The notes beneath the pieces were generated by a model, which was not told where the DNA came from, did not search any database, and saw only the letters and a list, made by a program, of their open reading frames with translations. A stretch of 64,000 bases of DNA from Squalus acanthias (Eukaryota), in contig CM059425.1 in NCBI GenBank assembly GCA_030390025.1, forward strand, positions 174,842,001 to 174,906,000, read 5' to 3'. Shown here in pieces: positions 52,753 through 64,000 of this stretch (position 1 is the first letter of the stretch; every line of letters begins with the position of its first letter). The position numbers and the translations under genes were made by a program.

Positions 52753-53215
52753 TCCTGGTGATGTTATTGAAGAACAAGAGAAGATGGCTCAGCTTTTTCT
52801 TGTCAGAGATGGTCATTAGCTGCCATTTATGTGGCTCAAATGTTACCTACCGCTTGTCAGCCCAAACCTGGTTGTTGTAGGCTGGCATAGGCTGCTTCAT
52901 TATCAGAGAGTTGTGAATTGTTGACACACAGCTCCACTCCTGACCTTATGATGGAGAGCAGGTCATTAATGAAACAACTGAAGATGCTTGGGGTGAGAAC
53001 ACTTCCCTGAGGAGCTCCAGCAGCCATGCCCTGAGGTTGTAATAATTGGCTTCTGACGACCACACTCATCTTGCTTTGCATCAGCTGTAATTCCAGCCAT
53101 TGGAGGACTTTTCCTATGACTGCCGCCCCCCTCTGTTGATTTGATTAGTGTTCCCTGGTACTATACTTTGTGGAATGCTGTCTTAATGTCGAGAGTAGCT
53201 ACTCTTATCTCTCTT
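52750..53215 (-). mobile_element. CR1-group RT fragment
   Basis: GAPQGSVLTPSIFSCFINDL and ATLDIKTAF. Confidence 0.85.
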
Positions 53216-53499
53216 TGCTGTGGAAATACTGGGAGCGGGTTGCAGCGTGCCGCTGACAAAAGTGCAGTAATGGGGTTTTCACAAGGATAGTTCAGCAGTG
53301 GGAGGAAACTCATGAGTGCGTAGAGTGGGGTGGGGTGAAGAAGGTCTGGCTGCTCAGTAGTGGGAGAGAATTTCTTGAATGGAAACACGTGCACAGCATA
53401 CCCAAGTACATCAATGTATACTTGTGTGTAGTAACTTCATAAGCTATATATCTGTACTTATTAGGAATTATTTTTAAAAAGTTAGAGGGAAAAAAGGTA

Positions 53500-55610
53500 T
53501 TTAAAATAATACTACACTACTAGGTGTATTCTATAGGCCGCCAACTAGTGGGAAGGATAAAGAGGAGCAAATTTGCAGGGAAATTACAGAGAGGTGCAAG
53601 AACTATAGAGCAATGATAATGGGGGACTTCAACTATCCTAATATAGACTGGGATAGTAATATTGTAAAGGGCAGAGAGGGGGAAGAATTTCTGAAGTGTA
53701 TTCAGGAGAACTTTCTTGATCAGTACTTTTCCAGCCCAACAAAGAAGGAGGCATTGCTGGATCTGGTTCTGGGGAATGAGGTGGGGCAAGTGGAGCAAGT
53801 GTCAGTAGGGGAACATTTAGGCAACAATGATCATGGTATCATAAGGTTTAGAGTAGCTATGGAAAAGGACAGGGAGCAATCTAGAGTAAAAATACTTAAT
53901 TGGAGGATGGCCAGTTTCAGTGGGTTGAGAATAGATCTGGCCCAGGTAAATTGGAATCAAAGGTTGGCAGGCAAAACTGTAACCGAAGAATGGACTGCCT
54001 TTAAAGAAGAGATGGTTCAGGTACAGTCGAGGCACATTCCCATGAGGGAGAAAAGTAGGGCAACCAAAGTCAGAGCTCCCTGGATGACGAAAGAGATAGA
54101 GAGTAAGATGAAGTAGAAAAAGGGGGCGTATGACAGATATCAGGTTGAGAATACAAGTGAAAATCAGGCTGAATATAGAAAGCTCAGAGGGGAAGTGAAA
54201 AAGAAAATAAGCGGGGCAAAGAGAGAGTATGAGAATAGATTGGCAGCTAACAAAAGGAAATTCAAAAGTCTTCTATAGGCATATAAATAATAAACGGGTA
54301 GTAAGAGGAGGGGTGGGGCTGATTAGGGACCAAAAAGGAGACCTATGCATGGCGGCAAAGGGCATGGCTAAGGTAATAAATGAGTACTTTGCATCTGTCT
54401 TCACCAAGGAAGAAGATGCTGCCAAAGCCATAGTGAAAGAGGAGGTACTGGATGGGATAAAAATTGATAGAGGAGGTGATAAATATAGGCTGGCTGTACT
54501 TAAAAGTAGATAAGTCACCAGGACTGGATGGCATGCATCCTAGAATGTTGAGCGAAGTTAAGGTGGAAATGGCCGGGAGTAGTGTTTTTCGGACTGGAGG
54601 AAGGTATACAGTGGTATTCCTCAGGGGTCGGTACTTGGACCACTGCTTTTCTTGATATGCATTAATGACTTGGACTTGGGTGTACAGGGCACAATTTCAA
54701 AATTTGCAGATGACACAAAACTTGGAAGTATAGTGAACAGTGAGGAGGATAGTGATAGACTTCAAGAAGACATACATAGGCTGGTTGGACACATGGCAGA
54801 TGAAATTTAACGCAGAAAAGTGCAAAGTGATAAGTTTTGGTAGGAAGAACGAGGAGAGGAAATATAAAACTAAAGGGTACAATCCTAAAGGGGGTGCATG
54901 AGCAGAGAGACCTGGGGGTATATGTGCGCAAATCATTGAAGGTGGCAGGGCAGATTGAGAAACGGTTAAAAAAGCATACGGGATCCTGGGCTTTATAAAT
55001 AGAGGCATAGAGTACGAAAGCAAGGAAGTTATGATGACCCTTTATAAAACATTGGTTTGGCCTCAACTGGAGTATTGTGCCCAATTCTGGGCACCGCACT
55101 TTAGGAAGGATGTGAAGGCCTTGGAGAGTGTGCAGAAAAGATTTACGAGAATGGTTCCAGGGATGAGAGACTTCAGTTGCATGGATAGACTAGAGAAGCT
55201 AGGGTTGTTCTCCTTGGAGCAGAGAAGGTTGAGAGGAGATTTGATGGAGGTGTTCAAAATCATGATGGGTCTAGATAGATAGACACTGTTCCCCTTGGCA
55301 CAAGGGTGGAGAACCAGAGGACACAGATTTAAGGTGATTGGCAAAAGAACCAAAGGAGGCATGAGGAAAAGCTTTTTTTATGCAGCGAGTGATTAGGATC
55401 TGGAATGCACTGCCTGAAAGGGTGGTGGAGGCAGATTCAATTGTGGCTTTCAAAAGGGAATTGGATACGTACCTGAAGGAAAAACATTTGCAGGGCTACG
55501 GGGAAAGGGCGGGGGAGTGGGACTAGCTGAAGTGCTCTTGCAAAGAGCTGACACAGGCTCGACGGGCCGAATGGCTTTCTGTGCTGTAACCATTCTGTGT
55601 TTCTATGTAT
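53500..55610 (+). mobile_element. CR1 ORF2 with an internal RT deletion near 54575, plus 3' end
   Basis: IMGDFNYP, LDLVLGNE and KSPGLDGMHP jump directly to the PQG region; then YKTLVWPQLEYC and tail cattctgtgtttctatg. Confidence 0.92.
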
Positions 55611-55649
55611 TTTCATAACACATTTTCTTGAGTTTATCATGTACATCAA

Positions 55650-55946
55650 GTCATAGAATCATAGAAATTTCTGGCACAGAAGGAGGCCATTCGGCCTATC
55701 GTGTCTGCGCTGGTTGAAAAAGAGCTATCCAGCCTAATCCCACTTTCCCGCTCTTGGTCTGTAGCCTTGCAGGTTACGGCACTTCAAGTCCATATCCAAG
55801 TACTTTTTAAATGTGATGAGGGTTTCTGACTCTACCACCCTTTCAGGCAGTGCGTTCCAGACCCCCACCGCCCTCTGGGTGAAAAAATCTCTCCTCAACT
55901 CCCCTCTAATCCTTCTACCAATTACTTTAAATCTATGCCCCCTGGT
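55650..55946 (-). mobile_element. CR1 3' fragment, tail-to-tail with the previous element
   Basis: catagaatcatagaa tail; same subfamily as 1340-1648. Confidence 0.88.
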
Positions 55947-57884
55947 TTTTCTTCTTCGTTGGTTAATGCTGAGTTTTCCGATTTGTTATCTGCTTTCATT
56001 ATACACTAATGATATTACACAAAGCTCTTCTCCCTAATTACATTCTGCTTCAAAAATTTCTCGAAAGTATAGTTGCCATGACCGTTGCCACCTACCTCAC
56101 TAAAAGTCCCTAAAAATAAAGTTTGCAATATAAAAAGCACAGAACAAAATTGGGGGGGAAAATCTCAAACCCATAAACATGCACATCCCATCTTGTAATC
56201 GCTCCAGTAACCCAGCCCCGCGCGCAGTCCACTGCACTCCTTTGTGCTTTATGAGCATCTTGACCTCTGGAACGCTGTACCTTGATGCTTCACTGTCCAG
56301 CTGAGGACCTATATCCTGACCTAGACAACTGCAATGCAACTCCCTGGAGCAACTGGGCAGTTCAGTCTCCAGATCATGTACAAAGACCACAAATGAATTA
56401 AAACAAATAATGTATACTATAGACTCAATATAATGAAAACCATGCTAATGACTGTTAAAAGTGGCATTGTAATTAGTGGATTGAAGACTGAGATTTTTGT
56501 GAGTTATCAACACAATATATTATTGTCTCATAATTCACAGGAGGGTATAATATAGAGAATGAGTACTACCTGGAGTTGTTACAAGGGACATGGCTCAGCA
56601 TTTTATTGTGGGGTTAAGACGATGAGATAAACACTGGAAGTAAAGTCTTCTGGGTACCTAAATCGAAGCCACAACACCCATTAGATACGCAATCTGAGCA
56701 AGAGAGAGGGAGACTGGAGCGTACCTCTTTTGCCTGCACTACTTTGCTGGTCTTATCCTCCCTGCTTTTGGGTTAGACCTAGTGGTGTGTGCATATTAAG
56801 ATGCAATCTTGTATTCATTAAGCTTAGCAGCTTTGGATGTTAAATTTATAGGTGTATTGTGCTAATAGATTGCAATCCTAGATGTTTGTAATGGGATCTT
56901 ATGTTTCTCCTCTTTCTGTTTTACTAGTTGTGTACAGTATTAACTAAGTTATTTCTTAAATTGCCAGAAAGGCCTACAACCCTCCCGCTGGCAGCATTCA
57001 CCTTCCTAGTAAAAAGAAGGAATAGAGACCTGCTCACATTATTGGCACTCTACAGCTGATCACTAGAAAGTGAGAGACAGCAGCCTTCATCTTCAGTATT
57101 CATTGGCAGCATGGCTGAGATTGAGAAATCACTCTGAGGAATCATAGGCATATGTTTAGGTTTTATTGTGTTGATGTAGTTGTCATATTTCCAACCTGTT
57201 GTTGCAGTTGTCTTGCCTATGCTAAGCTTCTTGCCATGTTAAGGCAACATGTCATTAAGCAAAATAGATGAAAATGGATCAGTCTAGTGGTCTGCAAAAG
57301 TACTTATTCTTCAGTATTTCAAAGTCAGTAATTTCTGAATACAAGATAAAACAAAATTGCATGTATTGCGCTTGCAGAATATGACTTGTATGGTGGGCAG
57401 CAACCAAAATTATCATACTTCTAAGTTTGTAGGCCATAAAAACCGGCTTTATGATGCCCATTTTTAAAGGAAGTCAGGTCATATTAGAAATGTGCCCAGT
57501 ATAACCTGCCCAAGCTGACCCAAAGAGTTATCTCATGCAATAAAGTAAATCAGGCAGACCCAAAATTATGAAATTGCATGTCATGATACATATCCGTGCT
57601 TTCTGGGCCATTGTGCTGATTGTTCTTGGTGGACTGGAATACACTTGGTGTTCAAGGGGCGTTCCTCATTTTGGCCCATTGAAGTGTGAGACTGACCTTG
57701 TACCACAGTTGTATGTGGCACGTGTAATCACTGGTATAAATTTAGCTTCGTCTGTCATTATTAGTAGCTTCTATGTATGTCTAAAAGGCTGCCTATTCAC
57801 TGCCAAATTATGAACAGTTTTTCACTGTGGATTTGGTCTGCCGGGCAGCTTTCTAAACTAATTTCATGGGTCTGAGCCTTAGAG

Positions 57885-58010
57885 GTGTCAGGCATGACTC
57901 ACTGGTTGTACTCTCACCTCTGAGGCAGAAGGTTGTGGGTTCAAGTCCCACTCCCGAGACTTGAGCACAAAAATCCAGGCTGACACCGACAGTGCAGTAC
58001 TGAGGGAGCA
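57885..58010 (+). mobile_element. DeuSINE tRNA-derived head
   Basis: gtgtcaggcatgactcactggt...gggttcaagtcccactcc...gctgacacc. Confidence 0.85.
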
Positions 58011-58939
58011 ATGGATTTAAAACTCACGTTGGAAAAGATAATTTTCAAATGGATTTTAAATGAACACAACGCCCATTTTGTTTAAAAAAAAATCCTTGTG
58101 CATCAGGTGGCTAGGATGTTATGGAGAGCGTGACCCATATTAATGTCAACAATTTATAGTACTGTACTGCACAGCAATAATACCATCAAAAGACCTGCAG
58201 CTGATATTGGAGTGTTCTGTTACTGTAATAATTCTTTTGATCTCATTATTATCACCATCAATTTCAGCTATAATGTTCCTAACTATATCAGCCATTAAAT
58301 CACTTTATTTGAGAACAGGAAGAATGCATAAAATGGAGGGTGACATTTAAGGAATATATATTCAGAGTTTTGAGCTTGTGAACATACAGTTTTAATTAGA
58401 ATCCCTTCTATTAACAGAATTTTTGCAGCAGGTTGTTAGCTTGGTAATTAACTTTAAGTTCTACTGGCTTTTGTATCGAGCAGCAGTTTGCTGGAGATTG
58501 GGTGCAGCCATTTTGACTGACCAAATACTTAATTATAAATACAGTGAACTCTGCTGCTACAGTTGACATTGGCTACTAAATTGTTTTTTCTTGTGATGCG
58601 GAGTTGTTTTTTCTGACAGTACACTGCAATTGTTTAGAAGCTGAAACACCTCACAGATGATATTCAATGTGCACATATAATAAAGGGCTCTGACTTTGGA
58701 AATTTTATGTGTAGTTGCAGATGGTGTGGTACAGGAAGTTCAGCATTACCACATTATCTCACTAATATTGATTAAAATTTCAGTAAATTTCTTGCACAAA
58801 TGACTTGTATTGATTTCACGGATATGCTCTACTGGACTTTTTCAAACACTTAAGCACACAAGGAATTCATGTGTGATTTGGAAACTTGACAACACTAATG
58901 ATTTAAATTTTTTTATCTATCATACACGCTACCTTATCA

Positions 58940-61080
58940 TAGAAATACATATAAGTTACACCGTGAAAACAGGACATTCACCCCAAACAGTCCGTGACAG
59001 CGTTTACCGTCCATGTAATTCTAATCATGTTTACCCACCCTGTTCCCATATCCCTTCAACCCTTTTTCCTTCATTTACTTATCCAATCTGATCTTGAGTG
59101 TTGACATAGTTTCTGCGTCAACTGCTAATCCTGGAAGTTAATTCCACAGCCTTACAACTCTGTGTGTGACGAGGTTTCTCTTGTCATCTGTTCTAAATCT
59201 CTTGCATTTAATTTTGTATCGAGGGCACTCATTCTTGACTCTTCAATTACTGGAAACAATCTACTTCTACCTACCCTGTCCCATCCTTTCATAATTTTAA
59301 GTAGTTCTATTATAATCTGTGTTGTTCTAACAAAAAACGACCAAATTTTTCAAGTCGTATTTATATTTTCTCATAGCAGGCATCTTTTTTGTGACTCTGT
59401 GTTGTACTTTCTCTGCAGCCTCAATATCCTTCCTATAGAGTGGAGCGCAATGCTGCACACACTACTTTAACTCCAGTCTTATGAAGGTATTCTATACCTC
59501 TTGAGATAAAAGCAAGAATTCCATTAGCTTTTTTTTTAATAGCTTTATCAACCTGAGGTGCTGCCTTTAATGTACTGTCAACCTGTACCCCCAAGTCCTT
59601 CTGCTCTAACACTGCACCGAGCCTACTTCCATTCAGAGTATAGTTACTGTTTAATTACCTAAATGCATCACCTCACACTTAGTAATATTAAATTCCATCT
59701 GCCACTTTTTAGTCCATTGCCCTATTTTATCGATATCCCTTTTCAGTTTACTTTGGTTTTCTACAGAATTAACTATACCTCCTAGTTTGGTATTATCTGC
59801 AGATTTCAACACATTCCCTCTCGGTATTTATCCAAATAATTGATATATACAGTGAACAGAAGATCCAGAATTGTATCCAGGGGGACACAATTATCCACTT
59901 CCAACCACTCTTATATAAAAAAAACTGCTCTTAACATACTCTATAATTTCTCCATTCCAACCAATTTTTAATCTAGTTTGCTATCCTCCCCCAATTCCAT
60001 ACCACTTAATGTCCTCTAGTATTCTCCCATGTGGTACCTTGTCAAAGGCTTTCCTAAAGTCCAGGTGCACGACATCTACTGCATTTCTCCCATCTACCAT
60101 GCCTGTTACGTCCTCAAAGAATTCTGTGATGTTTATCAAACATGTTCACCCCTTTTGGAATATGTGCTGGCTACTTCTAACGATGTGTGGTGGTGACTTC
60201 ATCCTCAACGGAAGACTCTAAAACACTCAATAAAGCGTTGATATATAATTTCTAGAGCCTCTGCAATTTTCTCCCTCAGCTCTTCCTGGATCCTGGGATA
60301 TATCCCGTCAGATCCTGGTGCTTTGTCTTTCCTTATCTTAAATAACTTAACTAAATTTTCCTTTTATCCACCATAATATTGTATCATCTTGCTCTCAACC
60401 ACTTCAGGATTCCTCTCTGATATCATCTTTGGTAATGACTGATACAAAGTACAGGAAACTCTTTATTAACCGGCACCGGCGTGGTGCTGGTTAATCAAAA
60501 AGTCCGGATAACGGAGAGTTATATCTCCCAACGTACGAGAGCCCCGTACACATTGACATGCGCCTGCATTCGGAGCTCCGTCTCCCCGGGGACCGCCAGC
60601 TGACCATCTGTCGTGTCCGCTGCCTACCCGGGCTGCACATTCCCCTCCCAATCTACACGCTCCGATACAAGGCAAACGCCTCGGGGTTTTTTTTAAAGTT
60701 AATTTTAAACGAGAGATGAAGGAAAACCCCGGTTACCTACTCAAGAATTTTGCCGGTTAAGAGAGATTTCCGGATATTTGGGTGCCGGTTAATAAAGAGT
60801 TTCCTGTACTTATTGAATACCTCTGCCATTTTTTGATTATCCTCTACAAATTGACGATTCGCTCCTCTTAGGTGTCCCATCTCGTTTTTAACATTCATCT
60901 TTTTACTGATATTTGTAAAATATCTTACTGTTCCTCTAGATGTTTTGAATTTTATTTCCTTATCCTCCCTCTTCACTTTCCATTCTCCACTCTTAACCTC
61001 TTTTATTTTCTCATATTCTCCTCTAGTTTTTTTAATTATTCTTAGTCCTCATAGGCCCTCCCTTTCAATTTTCTAATGTC
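58940..61080 (-). mobile_element. Old CR1 ORF2 remnant interrupted by a MITE
   Basis: Antisense of DFRKAFDKVPH (60030-60062) and other RT remnants; 3' tail at ~58940. Confidence 0.85.
60452..60806. mobile_element. Tc1/mariner (pogo/Tigger-like) MITE, 355 bp
   Basis: Perfect 26-bp TIR CAGGAAACTCTTTATTAACCGGCACC; TA TSD at 60450-60451 and 60807-60808. Confidence 0.95.
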
Positions 61081-61734
61081 TTAGCTACAGTACATTGTTT
61101 CCATTATTGGGTGGATGATAAAAATACATATTGTATTGCAACTAGATTTTTTTTATTGAGCTCAAGTAATTTTATTTATCAGAATGATGTGAATTGAATA
61201 TTACTTTTGTTTGGTAACACTAGTTGACTATTATTGTTCAATCTCGTCTTCTGGAGCAGAGTTCAGATTGAGGCAAGTAAACACATCATCATTTTATTCC
61301 AAGAACTATTTCAAACCACTGATAAAGATGTAAAATGGATAGTCCTACCGGAGGACTAGATGCACCAGTTGTAAGCCATCATCATGCGTGCCAACGTTAG
61401 TATTTTGGGGGCCCATTTAGCGTATCTGCATTTGCTGACAGAAATGGCACGATCACTTGGCCACCCACCTCCGTTCCCAGTCCTGCTTCCCCTGAGTCCA
61501 GTGGTTAATGTTCCACTCCTCCTCATGCCATTCACAGCACCAAAGGCCTGAATTGCATTCTCTGTATGGAGGCATGAGCTCTCATGAAAATTAGAGTTCC
61601 TGCCTACAGTATACAGACACATCAATGCAGGCCATTAGAATTGGGAGCAGTGTAAAGAGGAGGAGCAGGATTTGTTCAGTGCATTTGCCACCGGACTTGG
61701 GCTGGAGTGCATGGATTGGGGGCAATAGATACCA

Positions 61735-62470
61735 ACAATAACAACTTGTATTTATTATAGTGCCTTTCTCTTAGTAAAACGTCCCAAGGCATTTCACAGG
61801 AGGGTTATCAAAAAAAATTGACACCGAGCCACGTAAGATATTAGGGTAGATGATCAAATGCTTGGTCAAAGAGGTAGGTTTTAAGGAACATCTTAAAGGA
61901 GGAGAGAGCAATAGGGAGGGAATTCCAAAGCTCAGGGCCTAGGCAGCTGAAATGACGGCAGCCAGTGGTGGAACGATTAAAATCGGGGATGCTCAAGAGA
62001 CCAGAATTGGAGGAGCGCAGATATCTCGGCGGGTTGTAGGACTGGAAGAGATTACAGAGGTAAGGAGGGGCGAAGCCATGGAGGGATTTGAAAACAAGGA
62101 TGAGAATTTTTAAATCGAGGCGTTGCTTAACCGGGTGTCTATGTAGGTCAGCGAGCACAGGGGTGATGGGTGAACGGGATTTGGTGCGAGTTTGGAGACG
62201 GGCAGTAGAGTTTTGGATGGCCTCATGTTTGCGGAGAGTAGAACATGGGAGGCCAGCCAGGAGTACGTTCGAATAGTCAAGTCGAGAAGTAACAAAGGCA
62301 TGGATGAGTGTTTCAACAGCAGATGAGCTGAGGCAGGGGCGGAGTCGGGCAATGTTAGGTAGGTGGAAATAGGTGCGGATATGTGGTCGGAAGCTCAGTT
62401 CGGGGTCATATATGACACCAAGGTTGCGAACAGTCTGGTTCAGCCTCAGACAGTTGCCAGAGGGCGGAAT
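61735..62470 (-). mobile_element. L2 3' fragment
   Basis: VRNLGVIYDPELSFRPHI, LIHAFVTSRLDYSN and LKTYLFDQAF. Confidence 0.92.
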
Positions 62471-62924
62471 GGAGTTTGTGGCGGGGACCGTAGACAATGG
62501 GAGGGGAGGGTGCAGTTTACATAGGAAAAGAAGAGGGTAGAGTGCATGACATGAGGAGAAGTGAGACAGAATGCATGACAAGAGGAAACGGGACAATATA
62601 TGGCATGGTAAGGGAGGATGACAGAATACGATGTAACAGGAGGGGGCAGAATGCATGGCAAGTGGAAGAATTCATAAGGGGAAGAGGCATGACGTGTGGC
62701 ATGGGGAAAATGAATTAATGGAGGGAAGTGGATGGCAGTGAAGGGGAGATTTAAAAGAACAAAGGGGAAAATCGGTGGCAATGATCAGGGCAATGGAAGG
62801 AAGGAGCTAATAGTTGGTAATGAAAGCGAGAGGGAATGCCTAAAAGGTTGAAGCAGTGTTTTGGACAGGAAATGGAGACCGCCAGCATTAACTGAGAGGG
62901 AATGGGTATAGAGAGTGCCACCAT

Positions 62925-63153
62925 GATATCTTGGCGGGTTGTAGGACTGGAAGAGATTACAGAGGTAGGGAGGGCAAAACCATGGAGGGATTTGAAAACA
63001 AGGATGAGAATTTTAAAATTGAAACGTTGCTTAACTGGGTGTCAATGTAGGTCAGCGGGCACAGGGGTGATGGGTGAACAGGATTTGGTGCGAGTTAGGA
63101 CACGGGCAGCAGAGTTTTGGATGGCCGCAAGTTTACGGAGGGTAGAACATGGG
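62925..63153 (-). mobile_element. Internal L2 segment flanked by a 25-bp direct repeat
   Basis: Closely matches 62020-62249. Flanks at 62902-62926 and 63149-63173 match at 24/25. Confidence 0.85.
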
Positions 63154-63294
63154 TATCGAGAGTGCCACCATGAACTCTGGCGGGGTGGGTGGGTGAGGGG
63201 GCAAAGAGAGCCAGTATGAGGGAAGAGTACCACCACCTTAAATAGCAGAGAGTAGAAGGGGGTTTAGTGTGGAGCGGCGGAAGAGGAATGAAAG

Positions 63295-63466
63295 ACAGAA
63301 AATAACTTCAATTTATATAGCACCTTTCACGTTCTCTGGATGTCCCAAAGTACCCATCAGCCAATGAAATACGTTTGAAGTATCTTCAACTGTTTTGTAG
63401 GCAAATGAGGCAACGATTTTCTTAACCACGTTGCCCCACAAACAGCAATGAAAAGAATGACCAGTT
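63295..63466 (-). mobile_element. DeuSINE 3' fragment, degraded
   Basis: atttatatagcacctttcacg...cccacaaacagcaatg. Confidence 0.75.
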
Positions 63467-63479
63467 GACCGCTGCTGGT

Positions 63480-64000
63480 GCTACATCCACTTCAGGTTCC
63501 TCCTCCTCCTCGTGTTCATTCTGCTGCTCCTCCTCCTCCTCCTCATCTTCCGAAGAGGCCCTGCGCCTTGCTTCTCCTGCAGCTCGAATCCTCGCTGCTG
63601 TGCTTTGTTGTGCAGAGCACAGCATACTACGATCATTCTGGGGACCCTGGCTGGTGCGTATTGAAGGGCAGCTCCAGATCTGTCCAGGCATCTGAAGCGC
63701 ATCTTTAGCATCTCGATTGCTTGCTCTATTACACATCTCGTCATTTGGCATTGATTGTAGCACTCTTCGGCCTTGTTGCTTGGCCTCCTCAAGGGTGTCA
63801 TCAGCCACGTCGTCAGTGGATGCCCCTTGTCTCTAAGCTGCCAGCCAGTAAGTCTGGTCAGAGGTGCGAAGAGCTGAGGGAGGGTGGACTGGCGCAGAAC
63901 AATTGAATCATGACAGCTCCCAGGGAATCTGGCACAGTTGTACATCTTTTTGTGGTTGCAGATGAGCTGTACATTGATGGAGTGGAAGCCCTTCTGGTTC
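63480..64000 (-). pseudogene. PIF/Harbinger (HARBI1-like, DDE) transposase remnant, runs off the window end
   Basis: [31 protein letters not shown] (GDxGY motif degraded), [16 protein letters not shown] and CCALHN. Confidence 0.9.

Noticed and set aside
51632..52819. 300-390 aa Gly/Pro-rich ORFs
   Set aside because: Open in most frames because of a stop-free minisatellite; no gene structure.
63481..63945. Domesticated HARBI1 gene
   Set aside because: Degraded motifs, small deletions and a frameshifted C-terminus indicate a transposon fossil.

Overview
Repeat-rich vertebrate genomic DNA. The repeat repertoire (CR1/L2 LINEs, SacSINE1-like DeuSINEs, Penelope-type hairpins) suggests a cartilaginous fish, by inference. 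The window appears to be intronic sequence of APC (+ strand), with one recognisable coding exon at 49491-49581. The rest is layered transposon debris: several CR1 subfamilies (one near-full-length copy with ORF1 and ORF2 nested in another CR1, which itself splits a SINE), L2 fragments, two SINE families, hAT, Harbinger-like and Tc1/mariner MITEs, a Harbinger transposase remnant and three minisatellites. The most notable object is a ~2.7 kb non-autonomous hAT element (37143-39826, 8-bp TSD) that appears to have captured the promoter, first exon and splice donor of the housekeeping gene TPP2 and placed them antisense inside the APC intron (a Pack-type hAT). A TSD-flanked Penelope-type hairpin with a minimal hammerhead-ribozyme core is also present. 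Gene and family names come from recalled sequences, not database searches. TE boundaries without TSDs are approximate.
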